From the NCBI GenBank assembly GCA_964486045.1, contig CAZALK010000001.1, positions 744,242 to 808,241 of the forward strand: a stretch of 64,000 nucleotides of DNA, read 5' to 3'. Shown here piece by piece: positions 28,559 through 39,319 of the stretch. Source of the stretch: an uncultured archaeon (GTDB lineage: Archaea; Asgardarchaeota; Lokiarchaeia; Sigyniarchaeales; SOKP01). The position numbers and the translations under genes are program-made. The stretch's first letter is position 1. Every line of letters starts with the position of its first letter. The notes below the pieces were generated by a model. That model was not told the DNA's origin. It made no database searches and saw nothing but the letters and a program-made list of their open reading frames with translations.

Positions 28559-29539
28559 ATGGAACTGTTCCAAGTTTTTTGGGACGATGGGAAACAGCTC
28601 TTCTTAGAATTTAAAAAGGATGAAAAAGAGAATCAAATTCTTCTTCCAGAAGAAATTAAGCGTTTAAACTTAAGATTTGAGATCTCCAAATCGTTAAGAA
28701 AAGAAGTTCATTCTAATCAACCTCCATCCCTAGTATCCATAAAAAAACTCTATTATTCAAATGAATTTCTATGCTTTTCTATTGATTTAAACGAGATCTA
28801 TGGCTATGATGATTTACAACTTAGAGTATTAAGATTAAATATTTTTCTGTATTCTGGACAACGTTTTGAGTATACATTTAAAGAAAAATTCAACATATCT
28901 GACATCTGGTTAAATGAGGATTGTTATGCGGGATTTGAGTTGATTAATTTAGGAGTAAAAAGAAATCAACAGAGTACTTTCACAAGAGAAAAATTCTATA
29001 AGGAAGTAAGAACAGATCCTAACCAAAACAAACAAGAAAGCACCATTATTTATGAAAAGAAAAGCATAAAAAGTGTATCAGTTGATCAATCATTAATCTC
29101 AATGATTAGCGAAAGTAATAACACATTGAAAAGCATAGAACAACAGCTAAAAAATCTAAATTTAACTCTTCAAAATGTATCCCAGACAAATTTTTCCTAT
29201 ACTCAAACTCCACGTCTTCCTAATAGAAATTATGGCCCAGGGATCGAAAGGATCAAAGGGCCATCAAATCCAAGTTTAATCCAAGGTCAAATCTCCTCCG
29301 GTAAATTAATGGTAATTAAAGAAATGAAGACAATTTTTAAACAAATTACTGATGAGAATTCACCCTTTAATATTAAGAATATTTTGAAACCTTTAACTGA
29401 AGAAGAACTTAATAAGATGATGTTGAATGATGAGATTTTAAAAGAAAAAGAAATAGAAGCTATAAATAACCAAATTAAGAGATTCAAGAAGGAACAAGGA
29501 AAAATAATCAAACTTAAGAAATTGAACAAACCGAAATAA
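28559..29539 (+). CDS. Hypothetical protein
   Basis: 326-aa ORF with a coiled-coil C-terminal half. Confidence 0.7.
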   Translation: MELFQVFWDDGKQLFLEFKKDEKENQILLPEEIKRLNLRFEISKSLRKEVHSNQPPSLVSIKKLYYSNEFLCFSIDLNEIYGYDDLQLRVLRLNIFLYSGQRFEYTFKEKFNISDIWLNEDCYAGFELINLGVKRNQQSTFTREKFYKEVRTDPNQNKQESTIIYEKKSIKSVSVDQSLISMISESNNTLKSIEQQLKNLNLTLQNVSQTNFSYTQTPRLPNRNYGPGIERIKGPSNPSLIQGQISSGKLMVIKEMKTIFKQITDENSPFNIKNILKPLTEEELNKMMLNDEILKEKEIEAINNQIKRFKKEQGKIIKLKKLNKPK

Positions 29540-29634
29540 CAAGATAATTTCTATATAGAAAACTGTCAACTGATTAACAAATCTTTAATTATTTTCTAAC
29601 ATTGGATATAAAGAGGTAATATATTCAGTAGAGG

Positions 29635-30420
29635 TTGAATAATATTTTACTAAATTATATCATAGGTACAGCGGGAAGTGGCAAGAGTACTCTAACTGGG
29701 GAATTAAAAGAATATATTGTAACTCGGGATCCAAAGACTTCCGCGATTACAATGAATTTAGATCCTGGTGTGAAAACTATGCCGTATGTACCTGATATTG
29801 ACATTAGAGATTTTATTATTTTAGAAGAAGTAATGGAAAAATACGAATTAGGACCAAATGGGGGTATGATTTTAGCCTCTGATCTAATGGTCAATTATTT
29901 AGATGATTTGAAAGACGAAATTGACGAATATAACCCGGATTGGGTAATCGTTGATACTGCCGGGCAACTAGAATTGTTTGCTTTTAGAGAAACTGGGCCA
30001 CTAATAGCAAGTGCATTAGGATTTGGTGATATCCAAAGATCTATTTGTTTTCTATTCGATTCTAATTTCGTTCTCAGGCCTAATGGTTTTATTTCAACCT
30101 TACTTTTAGCTGCTTCCGTTCAATTTCGGTTTAGGAACGTTTCGCAGGTAAATATATTATCGAAGGTAGATCTTATTGATGAAGATCAAATTGAAATGAT
30201 TGTTAATTGGAGTCAAGATTTCCAAGCATTAGCAGATTCCACAAATGATAGAGAAAAAGGATTGATTAGAGAATTATCCATGTTGATTTCAGAAGTATTT
30301 GTCCAAATGGGATCAACAAGTGAATTAGTACCCTGTTCAGTAAGAGAAGGTAATGGGTTAAATCTTCTATTTGGGACCTTACAAAGAGTTTTTGACTATG
30401 ATGAATCAAAATATTATTAA
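29635..30420 (+). CDS. GPN-loop GTPase
   Basis: GTAGSGKST, NLDPG, LGPNGG, DTAGQLELF and LSKVD. Confidence 0.95.
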   Translation: MNNILLNYIIGTAGSGKSTLTGELKEYIVTRDPKTSAITMNLDPGVKTMPYVPDIDIRDFIILEEVMEKYELGPNGGMILASDLMVNYLDDLKDEIDEYNPDWVIVDTAGQLELFAFRETGPLIASALGFGDIQRSICFLFDSNFVLRPNGFISTLLLAASVQFRFRNVSQVNILSKVDLIDEDQIEMIVNWSQDFQALADSTNDREKGLIRELSMLISEVFVQMGSTSELVPCSVREGNGLNLLFGTLQRVFDYDESKYY

Positions 30421-30470
30421 CCAACATAAATTCTTAAAGTAAGTGTAACGACAAGATTATTTAAAAGAAT

Positions 30471-31568
30471 ATGAAAATTATAGGACCAATAGCGGGTGTC
30501 GGTTCAAGATTAAGACCACTCACTTACAGTAAACCAAAGGCTTTCTTAACTGTGGCGGGAAAAACAGTTTTAGATCATATTCTTGAGAAATTTAGTAATA
30601 CTTTTGATCCTACTACTGAATTAATCCTAATTGTTGGGCATAAGAAAAGACAAATCATTAATTATGTAAAAAACAAGTATAAACATAAATTTAAACTTAT
30701 ATTTATTGAGCAGCATCCGAGAGGACATTTAGATGGTATTCCATTTTTTGGTGGACTAGGTGAAGCTGTTTATGAATCAAGTGTAAGATTTGAAAAGAAG
30801 AACTTTAAGACAAAAGAACAGGACAAAAGGGAAGGTTCACTTATCTTTTTAGGAGATATGATTCCTATTGATGAGTATTCTTATTTAATGTATCGGTATT
30901 TCGAATCAGATGTAGATGGAATAATTACTGTAATGGAAGTCCCTAATGAAGATGCAAAGTCATATGGGGTGGTAACTATTGATGAAAACTCAATTATCCA
31001 AAGTCTTGTTGAAAAACCAAAAAAATTTGTTTCAAATTTAGCAATTGCTGGCATATATGCATTTTCCAACTCAGCTACAATGGCTCTTTTTGAAATTATA
31101 AAGCAATATATAGATCAGAGGTCAGAAACTACAAACGAAATATATATAACACAAAGTTTACAAGATCTCGTAAATAGCGGCTTTAGAATCGCTGCAGTTA
31201 AATTGAAAAAAGGAATTCTTGATTTCGGACGACCTTCTGAATTATTAAACGGTAATAAATTTTTATTAAAGAGTAATTCTGTTAAAAAGGAAAATTTTTC
31301 AGAATTAAACATAACAATCGATCGCTCATTCATAAAAAATCCCGTTTTTTTAGGTAATAACACTAAAATTACTAATTCTGTAATCGGCCCGTTTGTTTCC
31401 ATAGGAGAAAATTCAATCATAGAGAATTGTATTTTAGAAAATAGTGTTATTGAAGAAAGAGCTAATTTAAAAAGCATTATTACAAGTAACTCAATCATTG
31501 GGTGTGATGTAAAGATTGAGATAATCAGTAAAGATAATTTAATTATTGGAGACAAGAGCAGTACTTAA
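30471..31568 (+). CDS. Sugar-phosphate nucleotidyltransferase (glucose-1-phosphate thymidylyltransferase-like)
   Basis: AGVGSRLRPLTYSKPK, LVEKP and C-terminal hexapeptide repeats. Confidence 0.9.
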   Translation: MKIIGPIAGVGSRLRPLTYSKPKAFLTVAGKTVLDHILEKFSNTFDPTTELILIVGHKKRQIINYVKNKYKHKFKLIFIEQHPRGHLDGIPFFGGLGEAVYESSVRFEKKNFKTKEQDKREGSLIFLGDMIPIDEYSYLMYRYFESDVDGIITVMEVPNEDAKSYGVVTIDENSIIQSLVEKPKKFVSNLAIAGIYAFSNSATMALFEIIKQYIDQRSETTNEIYITQSLQDLVNSGFRIAAVKLKKGILDFGRPSELLNGNKFLLKSNSVKKENFSELNITIDRSFIKNPVFLGNNTKITNSVIGPFVSIGENSIIENCILENSVIEERANLKSIITSNSIIGCDVKIEIISKDNLIIGDKSST

Positions 31569-31729
31569 TTGAATTTCTCGTCATAAACTCTTAAAGTTAA
31601 AAATTTGAGAAGGGTAATTTCTATATAATATAGTTAAATATTAATTTTAGAAAGATTAAAATAGTAATTAATAACTTCAAGATTTTGAACATATTATAAA
31701 TTTAATTCACACTTGTTTCATTTCAAATA

Positions 31730-33103
31730 ATGCCATATCACGTTGCTTTTGATGTAGCCCATAAACCTAGAGGTCGAATAGACGAGAATTTAACTGAACT
31801 TCGAGATCAACTAAATTCGAATGATTTTATTTGTTATAATTTTTTAGAAATTCCAATAACTGAAGAAGCATTGATACCCTATGATATTTTAGTACTTTTT
31901 TGTCCTGATTATTCACGAATCTCGCCAAACGAAATTACTCAAATAGTGAAATGGGTTAAGAATTCTGGTGGTGGATTATTATTATTATCTCATGCAGGTG
32001 GAGATAAAGGACGTGGAAGTAATCTATCTGAAATTTCAGAGCAATTTGGAATAATCTTCGAAAATGATCAAGTCTTAGATGAGAAGAATAACTTGGGATT
32101 AGAAAATATCCCTCTAATTTCTACTTTTAATATCCCTCATCCCATTACAGCTAACATCGAGAGTTTATGTTATAGATCTGGATGTTCTCTTTCTATTGTG
32201 GGGAGTGGAGCATTTTCAATAGCAGATTCAAATGAAACTTCGGAACCTTTCTCCTGTCCGATAGTTTGTGTAACCGAAATAAGTAATGGAAGAGTGTGCT
32301 GTATAGGGAGTTATGAAATGTTTCGTGATAAAATTGGAGGAGGGTTTCAGTGTTCTGATCATCCAAGTTTTGCATTAAATACTTTTAATTGGCTTGTATC
32401 TGATTATCGTATGGACTTGAGATCAACAACTGATAGCCCTACTCCCGCGTCTCAACCGATAGAACTTAATTCTACACTGGATGTCCAACCAGAAATTATC
32501 ACTTCCTCAGTTCTAAGTGAGAAACGAGAAATAAATATTGATTTTTCCATGAAAATTTCTAAAAAAAGTGAATTATTTGGACTATTGAAGACATTCCAAA
32601 ACCAAATAAGTACAATCAAAACGACAATTGATAAGTTAGTTGAATTATCATCAGAATCAGACGAAGCTATAATTGAATTACAACCTGATGAAATCTCTCA
32701 GACTCAAAAAAATGATCAGAGTATTCAACCTAAGGAAGAACCCCTCCCTGATCCCCCTAAAATGAGTGAAGATGTCAAAATAGATGAGAGCAAACTTACC
32801 GCCTTACCTCAAAAACCAGGGAGTTTGATAAAAGAGGAATTCGAAGAAATAGAAGAATCCGGTCTAAAACCGGTACCTAAACTGAAAACAAAAACTAAAA
32901 CGACGAAGGAATTGAAGGACGAACGACAAGGCTTGGAAACTAAGCTAACTTCTGTTCAGGATTTATTGGAATTTATTGACAAAAAACATTCATCTGGAAA
33001 GATTGATGATAGTGAATTTTCAAAAAGATCAAAGAAACTACAAAACGACATGAAGAAAACAAAGAAAAAAATTAGTATTATCGATAGGTTATTAGAAAAA
33101 TAG
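31730..33103 (+). CDS. GIFT (GldG/IFT52-like) domain protein with C-terminal coiled coil
   Basis: VAFDVAHK...YDILVLFCP...EITQIVKWVKNSGGGLLLL...SNLSEISEQFGIIFENDQV; no signal peptide. Confidence 0.7.
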   Translation: MPYHVAFDVAHKPRGRIDENLTELRDQLNSNDFICYNFLEIPITEEALIPYDILVLFCPDYSRISPNEITQIVKWVKNSGGGLLLLSHAGGDKGRGSNLSEISEQFGIIFENDQVLDEKNNLGLENIPLISTFNIPHPITANIESLCYRSGCSLSIVGSGAFSIADSNETSEPFSCPIVCVTEISNGRVCCIGSYEMFRDKIGGGFQCSDHPSFALNTFNWLVSDYRMDLRSTTDSPTPASQPIELNSTLDVQPEIITSSVLSEKREINIDFSMKISKKSELFGLLKTFQNQISTIKTTIDKLVELSSESDEAIIELQPDEISQTQKNDQSIQPKEEPLPDPPKMSEDVKIDESKLTALPQKPGSLIKEEFEEIEESGLKPVPKLKTKTKTTKELKDERQGLETKLTSVQDLLEFIDKKHSSGKIDDSEFSKRSKKLQNDMKKTKKKISIIDRLLEK

Positions 33104-33124
33104 CGTAAGTATGTAATGTAAAAG

Positions 33125-34453
33125 TTAGTGATTATTTTTTGACTTTACGGGGTGATCTTCTGGAATATAAGGTTGTGCGTAGCGATTCACAATATTGAAA
33201 AAATCCTTATCACTTACTCCTTCCGTCATTTTCTTTAATTCTTCCTTAACTATAAGAAATGACTTTCTTAATTCGGCTTTAGACGTCGTCTCATGCTTTT
33301 TTTTTACTTCAATAACGATCTTTCTTATGACTTCTTCTGGGATGTCTAAATCTAATACTTTTATTTTATTTTGTAAAGCATAAGTAATTGATTTTGTTCC
33401 CGAGAATTTTCCCAAATAAAACTTTCTCTGTCTTCCAACCATATGAGGATTTATGGGTTCGTAAGTTAACGGATGAGCTAAGATGGCGGCAATATGAAGA
33501 CCACTCTCATGAAAGAAGGCATTATCTCCAACAATTGGTTTATATTGCGATATGGGTTTACCAAAATATTTCTCACATAGTTGACTTAATTCTGGCATTC
33601 TAGTCAAATCAATTCCAGTTTTAATTCCTAATCTTTCTAGAATAATAGCAACTTCATCAAGCGCAGCGTTTCCTGCTCGCTCAACATATCCATTTATACA
33701 AATGTGCGGATATTGACATCCTTCTAAAACGCCTGTTATAGTATTTGCTACAGCTAAGCCAAAATCATTATGTGTATGAATTCCCATCAGTGTTTTTCGT
33801 TTTAGAGGGTTAACTATTTCTTCTTTAATACGTTTAATTAAGTAAGAAGTAGATTGTGGAGTTAAAACTCCTACAGTATCTCCTAAAACAATTCTTTCAG
33901 CTCCATATTCAATAGCAGTGACAAAAACATTTTTTAAATGCTCAAAATCACATCGAGTTCCATCTTCAGAAACCCAATTAACTTTTAATCCATTATCCTT
34001 GGCATACTGAATTGCAATTCTAATCTGTTCTAATTGTTACTCCTCAGATTGTTGCAGCGTTTTCCGAAAGATTGCTGAAATTGGCATAAAAATTACAATT
34101 TCTTTAAGATCTGTATCAATACATGCATCAATATCATCTTGTCTTGGTCTAACGATTCCTAAAATAGTGGCCCTATTAAGATTTTCATTAACAATTGTTT
34201 TTACAATTTTCTTCTCTGAATCTGATACTGCCGGAAATCCTACTGCGATTAATTTAACTCCAATCTCATCCATTAGTTTAGCTAAATCGATCTTCTCCTC
34301 GAGTGTTAAATAAACTGTAGGACTTTGTTCCCCATCACGTAATGTTTCATCCCAAATCTCTATTTTTTTAGGTAATTCATATTTTTTAAGAGAAATTTCA
34401 TTGTAATCAACGAGGAGGTCTCGAAGTTCCTCCTTAGAGAATTTGTATGACAT
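33125..34453 (-). pseudogene. 2-isopropylmalate/homocitrate/citramalate synthase family (DRE-TIM) gene interrupted by an in-frame TAA (34037-34039)
   Basis: DETLRDGEQ before the stop; same frame continues through GDTVG, HTHNDFGLAVAN and HESGLH. The usual GERAGN reads VERAGN. Confidence 0.8.
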
Positions 34454-34601
34454 ATTTATTCTTTGTTATTCTTAATAATAATTAAAATTATGGGGAACAA
34501 ATAAATTTCATTTTAGGATACATTTATCATAAAACATGAGAAAAGAAAAGTAACCTACTCATCTCTATAAACAACTTGTAGATCACAAATATGGAGAACG
34601 T

Positions 34602-35021
34602 CTATTTAATTATGTCAGTTATGAAACAAGTTTCCACAATCTTAATGCCTTTAACCTGAGAGATTTTATCCTCAATTAGAGGATTAAACAACTCAATACT
34701 TCCTATCTCAACCTTCATGAAGAGACCACAATCTCCAGATAGTCTCCATACATCAGTAATTTCTTCAATTTCTAGCAAATCTTTTATTATTCTTTTGATT
34801 TCTTTAAAATCAGTTTCAACTTTCACAGTTGCTCTAGTACGAGGTTTATTATCAATAGAATAATCTATTGTGAACCTTTTAATTATACCCTCTTCTGTTA
34901 ATCTTTTTACGCGTCTTCTAACTGTTGCTTCAGTTTTACCTACAATTTCAGAAATATCCTTAAAAGACATTCTACTATTTTCTTTTAATAATTCTAATAT
35001 TCTTATATCAACAATATCCAT
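34602..35021 (-). CDS. Lrp/AsnC-family transcriptional regulator
   Basis: MDIVDIRILELLKENSRMSF...EATVRRRVKRLTEEGIIKRFTI. Confidence 0.95.
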   Translation of the reverse strand: MDIVDIRILELLKENSRMSFKDISEIVGKTEATVRRRVKRLTEEGIIKRFTIDYSIDNKPRTRATVKVETDFKEIKRIIKDLLEIEEITDVWRLSGDCGLFMKVEIGSIELFNPLIEDKISQVKGIKIVETCFITDIIK

Positions 35022-35859
35022 AATTTTGAAATCATAACTTTATTTTAATATTCCTTATGTAAAAACAATTTAACCTCATTATTAAATTTGATCAGATTTT
35101 AATTAAATACGCAAAAAAAAATGTCAAAAAAGTCGTATAATAATATATCAACTTGACTATTTTTAACAGAGAAGATACAGTTCAGTTATTATTTGCACAC
35201 TCATCATGATTAAAAAAATGATAAATTTTTTATTATAAATGTAAAAAAATTTACTGAGTATTAAATCTTCAGTAAAACCTCAATAATCAATACAAAATTT
35301 AATTTTATTGAAAAAGCATCTTTTCAAGAAGTCTTACTTTACTTAGTAGAGCAAGTGTCGCACCAATAGTAATTATTCCAGTTATATTAAAGAAAAGCAA
35401 TATAATAATTTCCTCAATGTATAATTTTAAACCAGATCTCACCCTGTCTTGTAGGCAAAAGCTTTCGGGGTGTTTTTTTAACAAAAAAAAAAATGAGATA
35501 TTGAAAAATATTTTAATTAATTTTATACTCTTCTTTTTGATATGAATATTAAAATGATACTAACACCCCCGATAGCAAGAAATAATGGAGCATATTTTCT
35601 TCTTGAAATAGTACAATCAGTATTAGAAACACAGATGTAATACTTTAACTTAGAAAAAACTAAATAAGAGAAGATTTTACAAATGTTAATTTGAATTACA
35701 AATGAAATTTGGTCTAAAAATACGCTAAAAAAATTAGACTCCCTTGACAACAAAGTTAAAGTAAAAGCTGATTAGTTTTAAAAGAAATCGTAGTAATATT
35801 AATATTAATAGAGATTTATTAATTTTGCAATATACACTCATAGTGAAAGTAGCAGATTT

Positions 35860-36660
35860 ATGTCAAAACAAATTCCAAATAACGTTAAGGGTTCTTTGCG
35901 ATCGATTGGCTTAACAGATTATGAGATCTCAATTTATCTAACACTTATAAGCAAGGGTCCTATGGATGCTAGAGAACTCTCCGAGGCATCTGGGGTTCCC
36001 TACTCTAGAATTTACAATATTTTAACACAGCTTGATAAGGAAAAGATGTGGATAATTAAAGAAGAAGAATCACGCCCCTCTCGTTATTTTGCTAAGAGTC
36101 CAGATGAAGCTCTTGTAATTGCAAAAAAGCAGTATAATGATAGTTTTAATGAACATTCGAACAGGATTATCCAAACACTCAACCCAATTTATCAGTCTCA
36201 TGATACTCCAATAAAAATTGCCCTCTACATTCATAGAGGTAGAGATGTATGCATTAATAAAGCTATTTCATTGATAAATTTGGCTAGAACTTCAATTTAT
36301 CTAGTATCTACCAAACTAGAATTTCTGGAAGTATTTTATGACGATATTAAGAAAGCTAGAGCCCGTGGAGTCACAGATTTAAGACTTCTTGTTGAAGCAA
36401 AGGCCTTAAAAGATAGTAAATTTCAACCGATACTCAAAAAATATGATCCTCTCTGCGAAATTAGATGGAGAGACCAAATATTTGGAAGTTCAATAATTAT
36501 TGATGAAGGAGAAGATGCATTTATTGTACTATCTGAGAGTTTCTTTCCTGAAAAAATGTCTTTCTTTGGCATAGCAACGGATCATGTAGCTTTTGGACCC
36601 GCCTCTTTGTATTATTTTGATTATCTTTATAAAACAGCAAAAGTGGCAAATTTGAATTAA
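35860..36660 (+). CDS. TrmB-family transcriptional regulator
   Basis: LRSIGLTDYEISIYLTL...ARELSEASGVPYSRIYNIL...SRPSRY. Confidence 0.92.
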   Translation: MSKQIPNNVKGSLRSIGLTDYEISIYLTLISKGPMDARELSEASGVPYSRIYNILTQLDKEKMWIIKEEESRPSRYFAKSPDEALVIAKKQYNDSFNEHSNRIIQTLNPIYQSHDTPIKIALYIHRGRDVCINKAISLINLARTSIYLVSTKLEFLEVFYDDIKKARARGVTDLRLLVEAKALKDSKFQPILKKYDPLCEIRWRDQIFGSSIIIDEGEDAFIVLSESFFPEKMSFFGIATDHVAFGPASLYYFDYLYKTAKVANLN

Positions 36661-36868
36661 ACCCCTTCTAAAATTAAGTGAATTAAATTATCATTATTGT
36701 TTTTTAACAGTTTTATTAGAAGAAGAATTATGTAAATTACCATTTTGCTCTTATCACGTTTTCAGGGTATATTTCAACTCTATTTAGATATTATATTTAA
36801 AGCAAACCAAAGTCAACCTATTACAACTTTGTGAAATATGTAATAAAAAGAGAAAAAACTTAATTTAT

Positions 36869-37324
36869 TCATTTTAAAAACGTTCTCTTCCCCAGATAAA
36901 TAAAAAGCTCAGCTAATTCGAAGAGTGTTAAGGGCATTACCAGATTTGCCATGTCAGTACGAAGTTCTTCTTTATCTCTTCCAGAAAGGATTAAAGTCCT
37001 TATGTCTTCAACGTAATCATCCATGTTCAAAAATAATATTTCAATTTTATCTACACCAGTGAGTTCCTCAATATCTTTATCTAAATGTCGTTCTACATCA
37101 TTAAGTAACCCTAACTTCAACTTAGGGCTCAAATCGTACTTGACTATAAGCTTGTTCATTTCTTCGATAATAATATTTAAACTTAAGTTCCAATCTGCAT
37201 TTTCCTTATATTTTGGTATCAGAATATCGCTAATAATAATTTCAAAAAGCGTCGTCGGTGCTTTTTCATCAAATTCTACTTCTGTGCCCGTGCTTAATTT
37301 TACATTCTTAAGATCGTCACTCAT
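36869..37324 (-). CDS. Hypothetical acidic helical protein
   Basis: Open frame with protein-like composition; ATG 37324 preferred. Confidence 0.7.
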   Translation of the reverse strand: MSDDLKNVKLSTGTEVEFDEKAPTTLFEIIISDILIPKYKENADWNLSLNIIIEEMNKLIVKYDLSPKLKLGLLNDVERHLDKDIEELTGVDKIEILFLNMDDYVEDIRTLILSGRDKEELRTDMANLVMPLTLFELAELFIYLGKRTFLK

Positions 37325-37825
37325 ACCCAATCTCAACTTTAATCGTAAATTATGATAATACTTAATAATTAATGAATTACGATTTAATAAATATTTTTAC
37401 TCCCCAATATATTTAAAAAGTCTAAATTAGAAGAAAAATCTTTCATCATTTAAGGAAATGATAGAAAATTCTTTCTTTACTGTGTAGCATTTTTTTATCA
37501 TCCTTTTGTTATTTTTCACAATTATTAAAATAAAAAAAATTAAAAGATTAACTTTTCTTCAATATATTTTGAGATTGATTTAAAGGAAGATATGAACTCG
37601 TTTAACTCAAACACATCTGCTATTTTATTAGCCCATACGTTGCTATATGCGAAAAGTAGGAATGGGTTAATTACCCTCAACGAATTGTATTATAAAGAGT
37701 TAGACTACCTTAGTAAAGTGAATAGAGATTATGGTATTGGTAATAGGCTATTAAAGGATTTACCATTTTAGAGAGCCCATCATATTTATATATTCTTTTT
37801 TTCTTTAATTCATAGGGAAGATATA

Positions 37826-38899
37826 ATGGATTTTGAAGAAACCGTTCATTTATTATTGAGCAAAACAAGAAATAGAATTTGTCTAGATCATCAGTTGGTC
37901 GGTTTTGGAGATTATTCTTTCGTTTTTAGAGATATCAATTGGGTTTCAGAAACAGTTGATTCAAGCTACACAAGTGGTCTAGTAGGATTGGATCAACTCG
38001 TAATTTATTACAAACTTTTAGTGAAAATAAACATATCCTGCTAGAAGACCTAAAAGAGTTTCGTCTTAATGATTTATTTTATGTTGGGGCTGTCAAAACA
38101 CTTACACCTCTTTTGAAATTTGGGGGGGGATGAATTATTATTTGAGGTTGGTTTGCTGATAAAGACGCCAAAGAATAAGATTTTTCCCGCTACATTCTAT
38201 TGGGCTCAAGGAGGGCTATCTATAGGATGTTGGCAAAAAGAGATTCTTGGGAATTTCATAGGACTTAAAAATAATTTCCAATCCTATGAGTTTATACCTA
38301 TTCACTTTTCTGATATTGAAAAAAAAGAGTTAGCTGAAGCATTTGAGTCAACTCTTCGTAGTCTCCCTATTTCTGATTTTGAAGGCGAGTACTGGGATGA
38401 AAATGGGGGGATTAGAATGGGTATTGAATCAGGTATACCGTTTATTGAAGATATTCCGATTGAAGACAATGCATATTATGCCTTATGTTATTATGGCGGG
38501 ATGCTTATGGATATCATGAATGACTGCGCAAGTACAGAAGAGTTAGAAAGGTTTGAAAATCTATCACGGATTAAAAAGAATGTTGAATATAAAAATAGTA
38601 TCCTTTTAAAGTTCAGTAGGTATTTAATTCATAAATGCTATGATGACTTGATATTATTTCCCACTAAAAAAAAATCACGTTACTCTTTTCAGGCTTTGGG
38701 GTTATTCTTAATGGAAAATGGAATTAAAATACCTAACGACGTTAAAAAGGTCATTCTAGAAAGATCCCATTGGAAGGATGAATTCTTAAGATTTAAAGAT
38801 AGGAAAGAAAGAGCCAAAAGAAGAGAAGAATTGGTTGATTTTATTACAAAGATCTTAAATCATAGAGAAGGTAATTACATTTCTTTTCCTTATTTTTAA
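37826..38899 (+). pseudogene. Frameshifted paralog of 13560..14492 (one shift near 37960-38040, one in a G8 tract at 38122-38129)
   Basis: YSFVFRD, DLFYVGAVKTLTPLLKF and GGDELLFEV...FPATFY lie in successive, different frames but align contiguously with the intact paralog. Confidence 0.75.
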
Positions 38900-39000
38900 A
38901 ATATTTATCTTAAATTCTTATTTAGTTTCATTTGTCTTTTTTCTTCAGTTAATTTATTATATTCTTGCATTATCAACTTTTTCAACTTTTTCACACGACA

Positions 39001-39019
39001 AAAAGGAAATTTTTAAATA
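39001..39019 (+). promoter_or_regulatory. Putative archaeal BRE/TATA promoter for the candidate ncRNA
   Basis: Purine run AAAAGGAAA followed by TTTTAAATA about 25 nt upstream of the RNA's 5' helix. Confidence 0.4.
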
Positions 39020-39044
39020 GTAGAAAATTTCAACATATATTGTT

Positions 39045-39228
39045 AAAGAAAGATCGGATGACCATGAACGACAATATATTCTTAAAGTGCGGAGAATTAC
39101 TCCTCATTGGGAAATACCTAAAGTCGAGCAATCGGCTAAATACCTCAACCCTTAACCCTGTTATTAGATTAAATTACGTCTCCTCTTTTTAATTTTTGGA
39201 TTCGTGGCTTCCGACTTTTTGCTTTTTC
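39045..39228 (+). ncRNA. Candidate structured non-coding RNA (~180 nt), family unknown
   Basis: 5'/3' closing helix AAAG-TCGGA-CCATGAA / TTCGTGG-TCCGA-CTTT, three internal hairpins including AGTCGA-GCAA-TCGGCT, G-U pairs that favour the + strand, and a T-rich 3' end. Confidence 0.55.
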
Positions 39229-39319
39229 TATAAAACAAAATAAATACAATTTTTAATAGATTCTAGTTTAGCTTGAACTTAATTACTTAATTAAAGGCTA
39301 AAAATAATTAAAGATTTGA

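Noticed and set aside
34000-34070. Possible intron or TAA recoding at the stop in the leuA-like gene
   Set aside because: No apparent extra sequence relative to the family pattern and no BHB; TAA is the most common genuine stop in this window, so reassignment is implausible.
35439-35480. Hairpin CACCC...GGGTG followed by a T run in the Lrp-TrmB intergenic region
   Set aside because: Terminator-like, but no upstream gene or RNA could be assigned to it.
35523-35753. Minus-strand ORF ending in a hydrophobic stretch and basic tail (sorting-signal-like)
   Set aside because: The N-terminal part looks non-coding; at most a remnant.
37592-37771. 59-codon ATG ORF upstream of the frameshifted paralog
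   Set aside because: No recognisable motif, and too short to support.
38965-39192. 75-aa ORF over the candidate ncRNA
   Set aside because: TTG start and no motif; the base-pairing pattern explains the region better.
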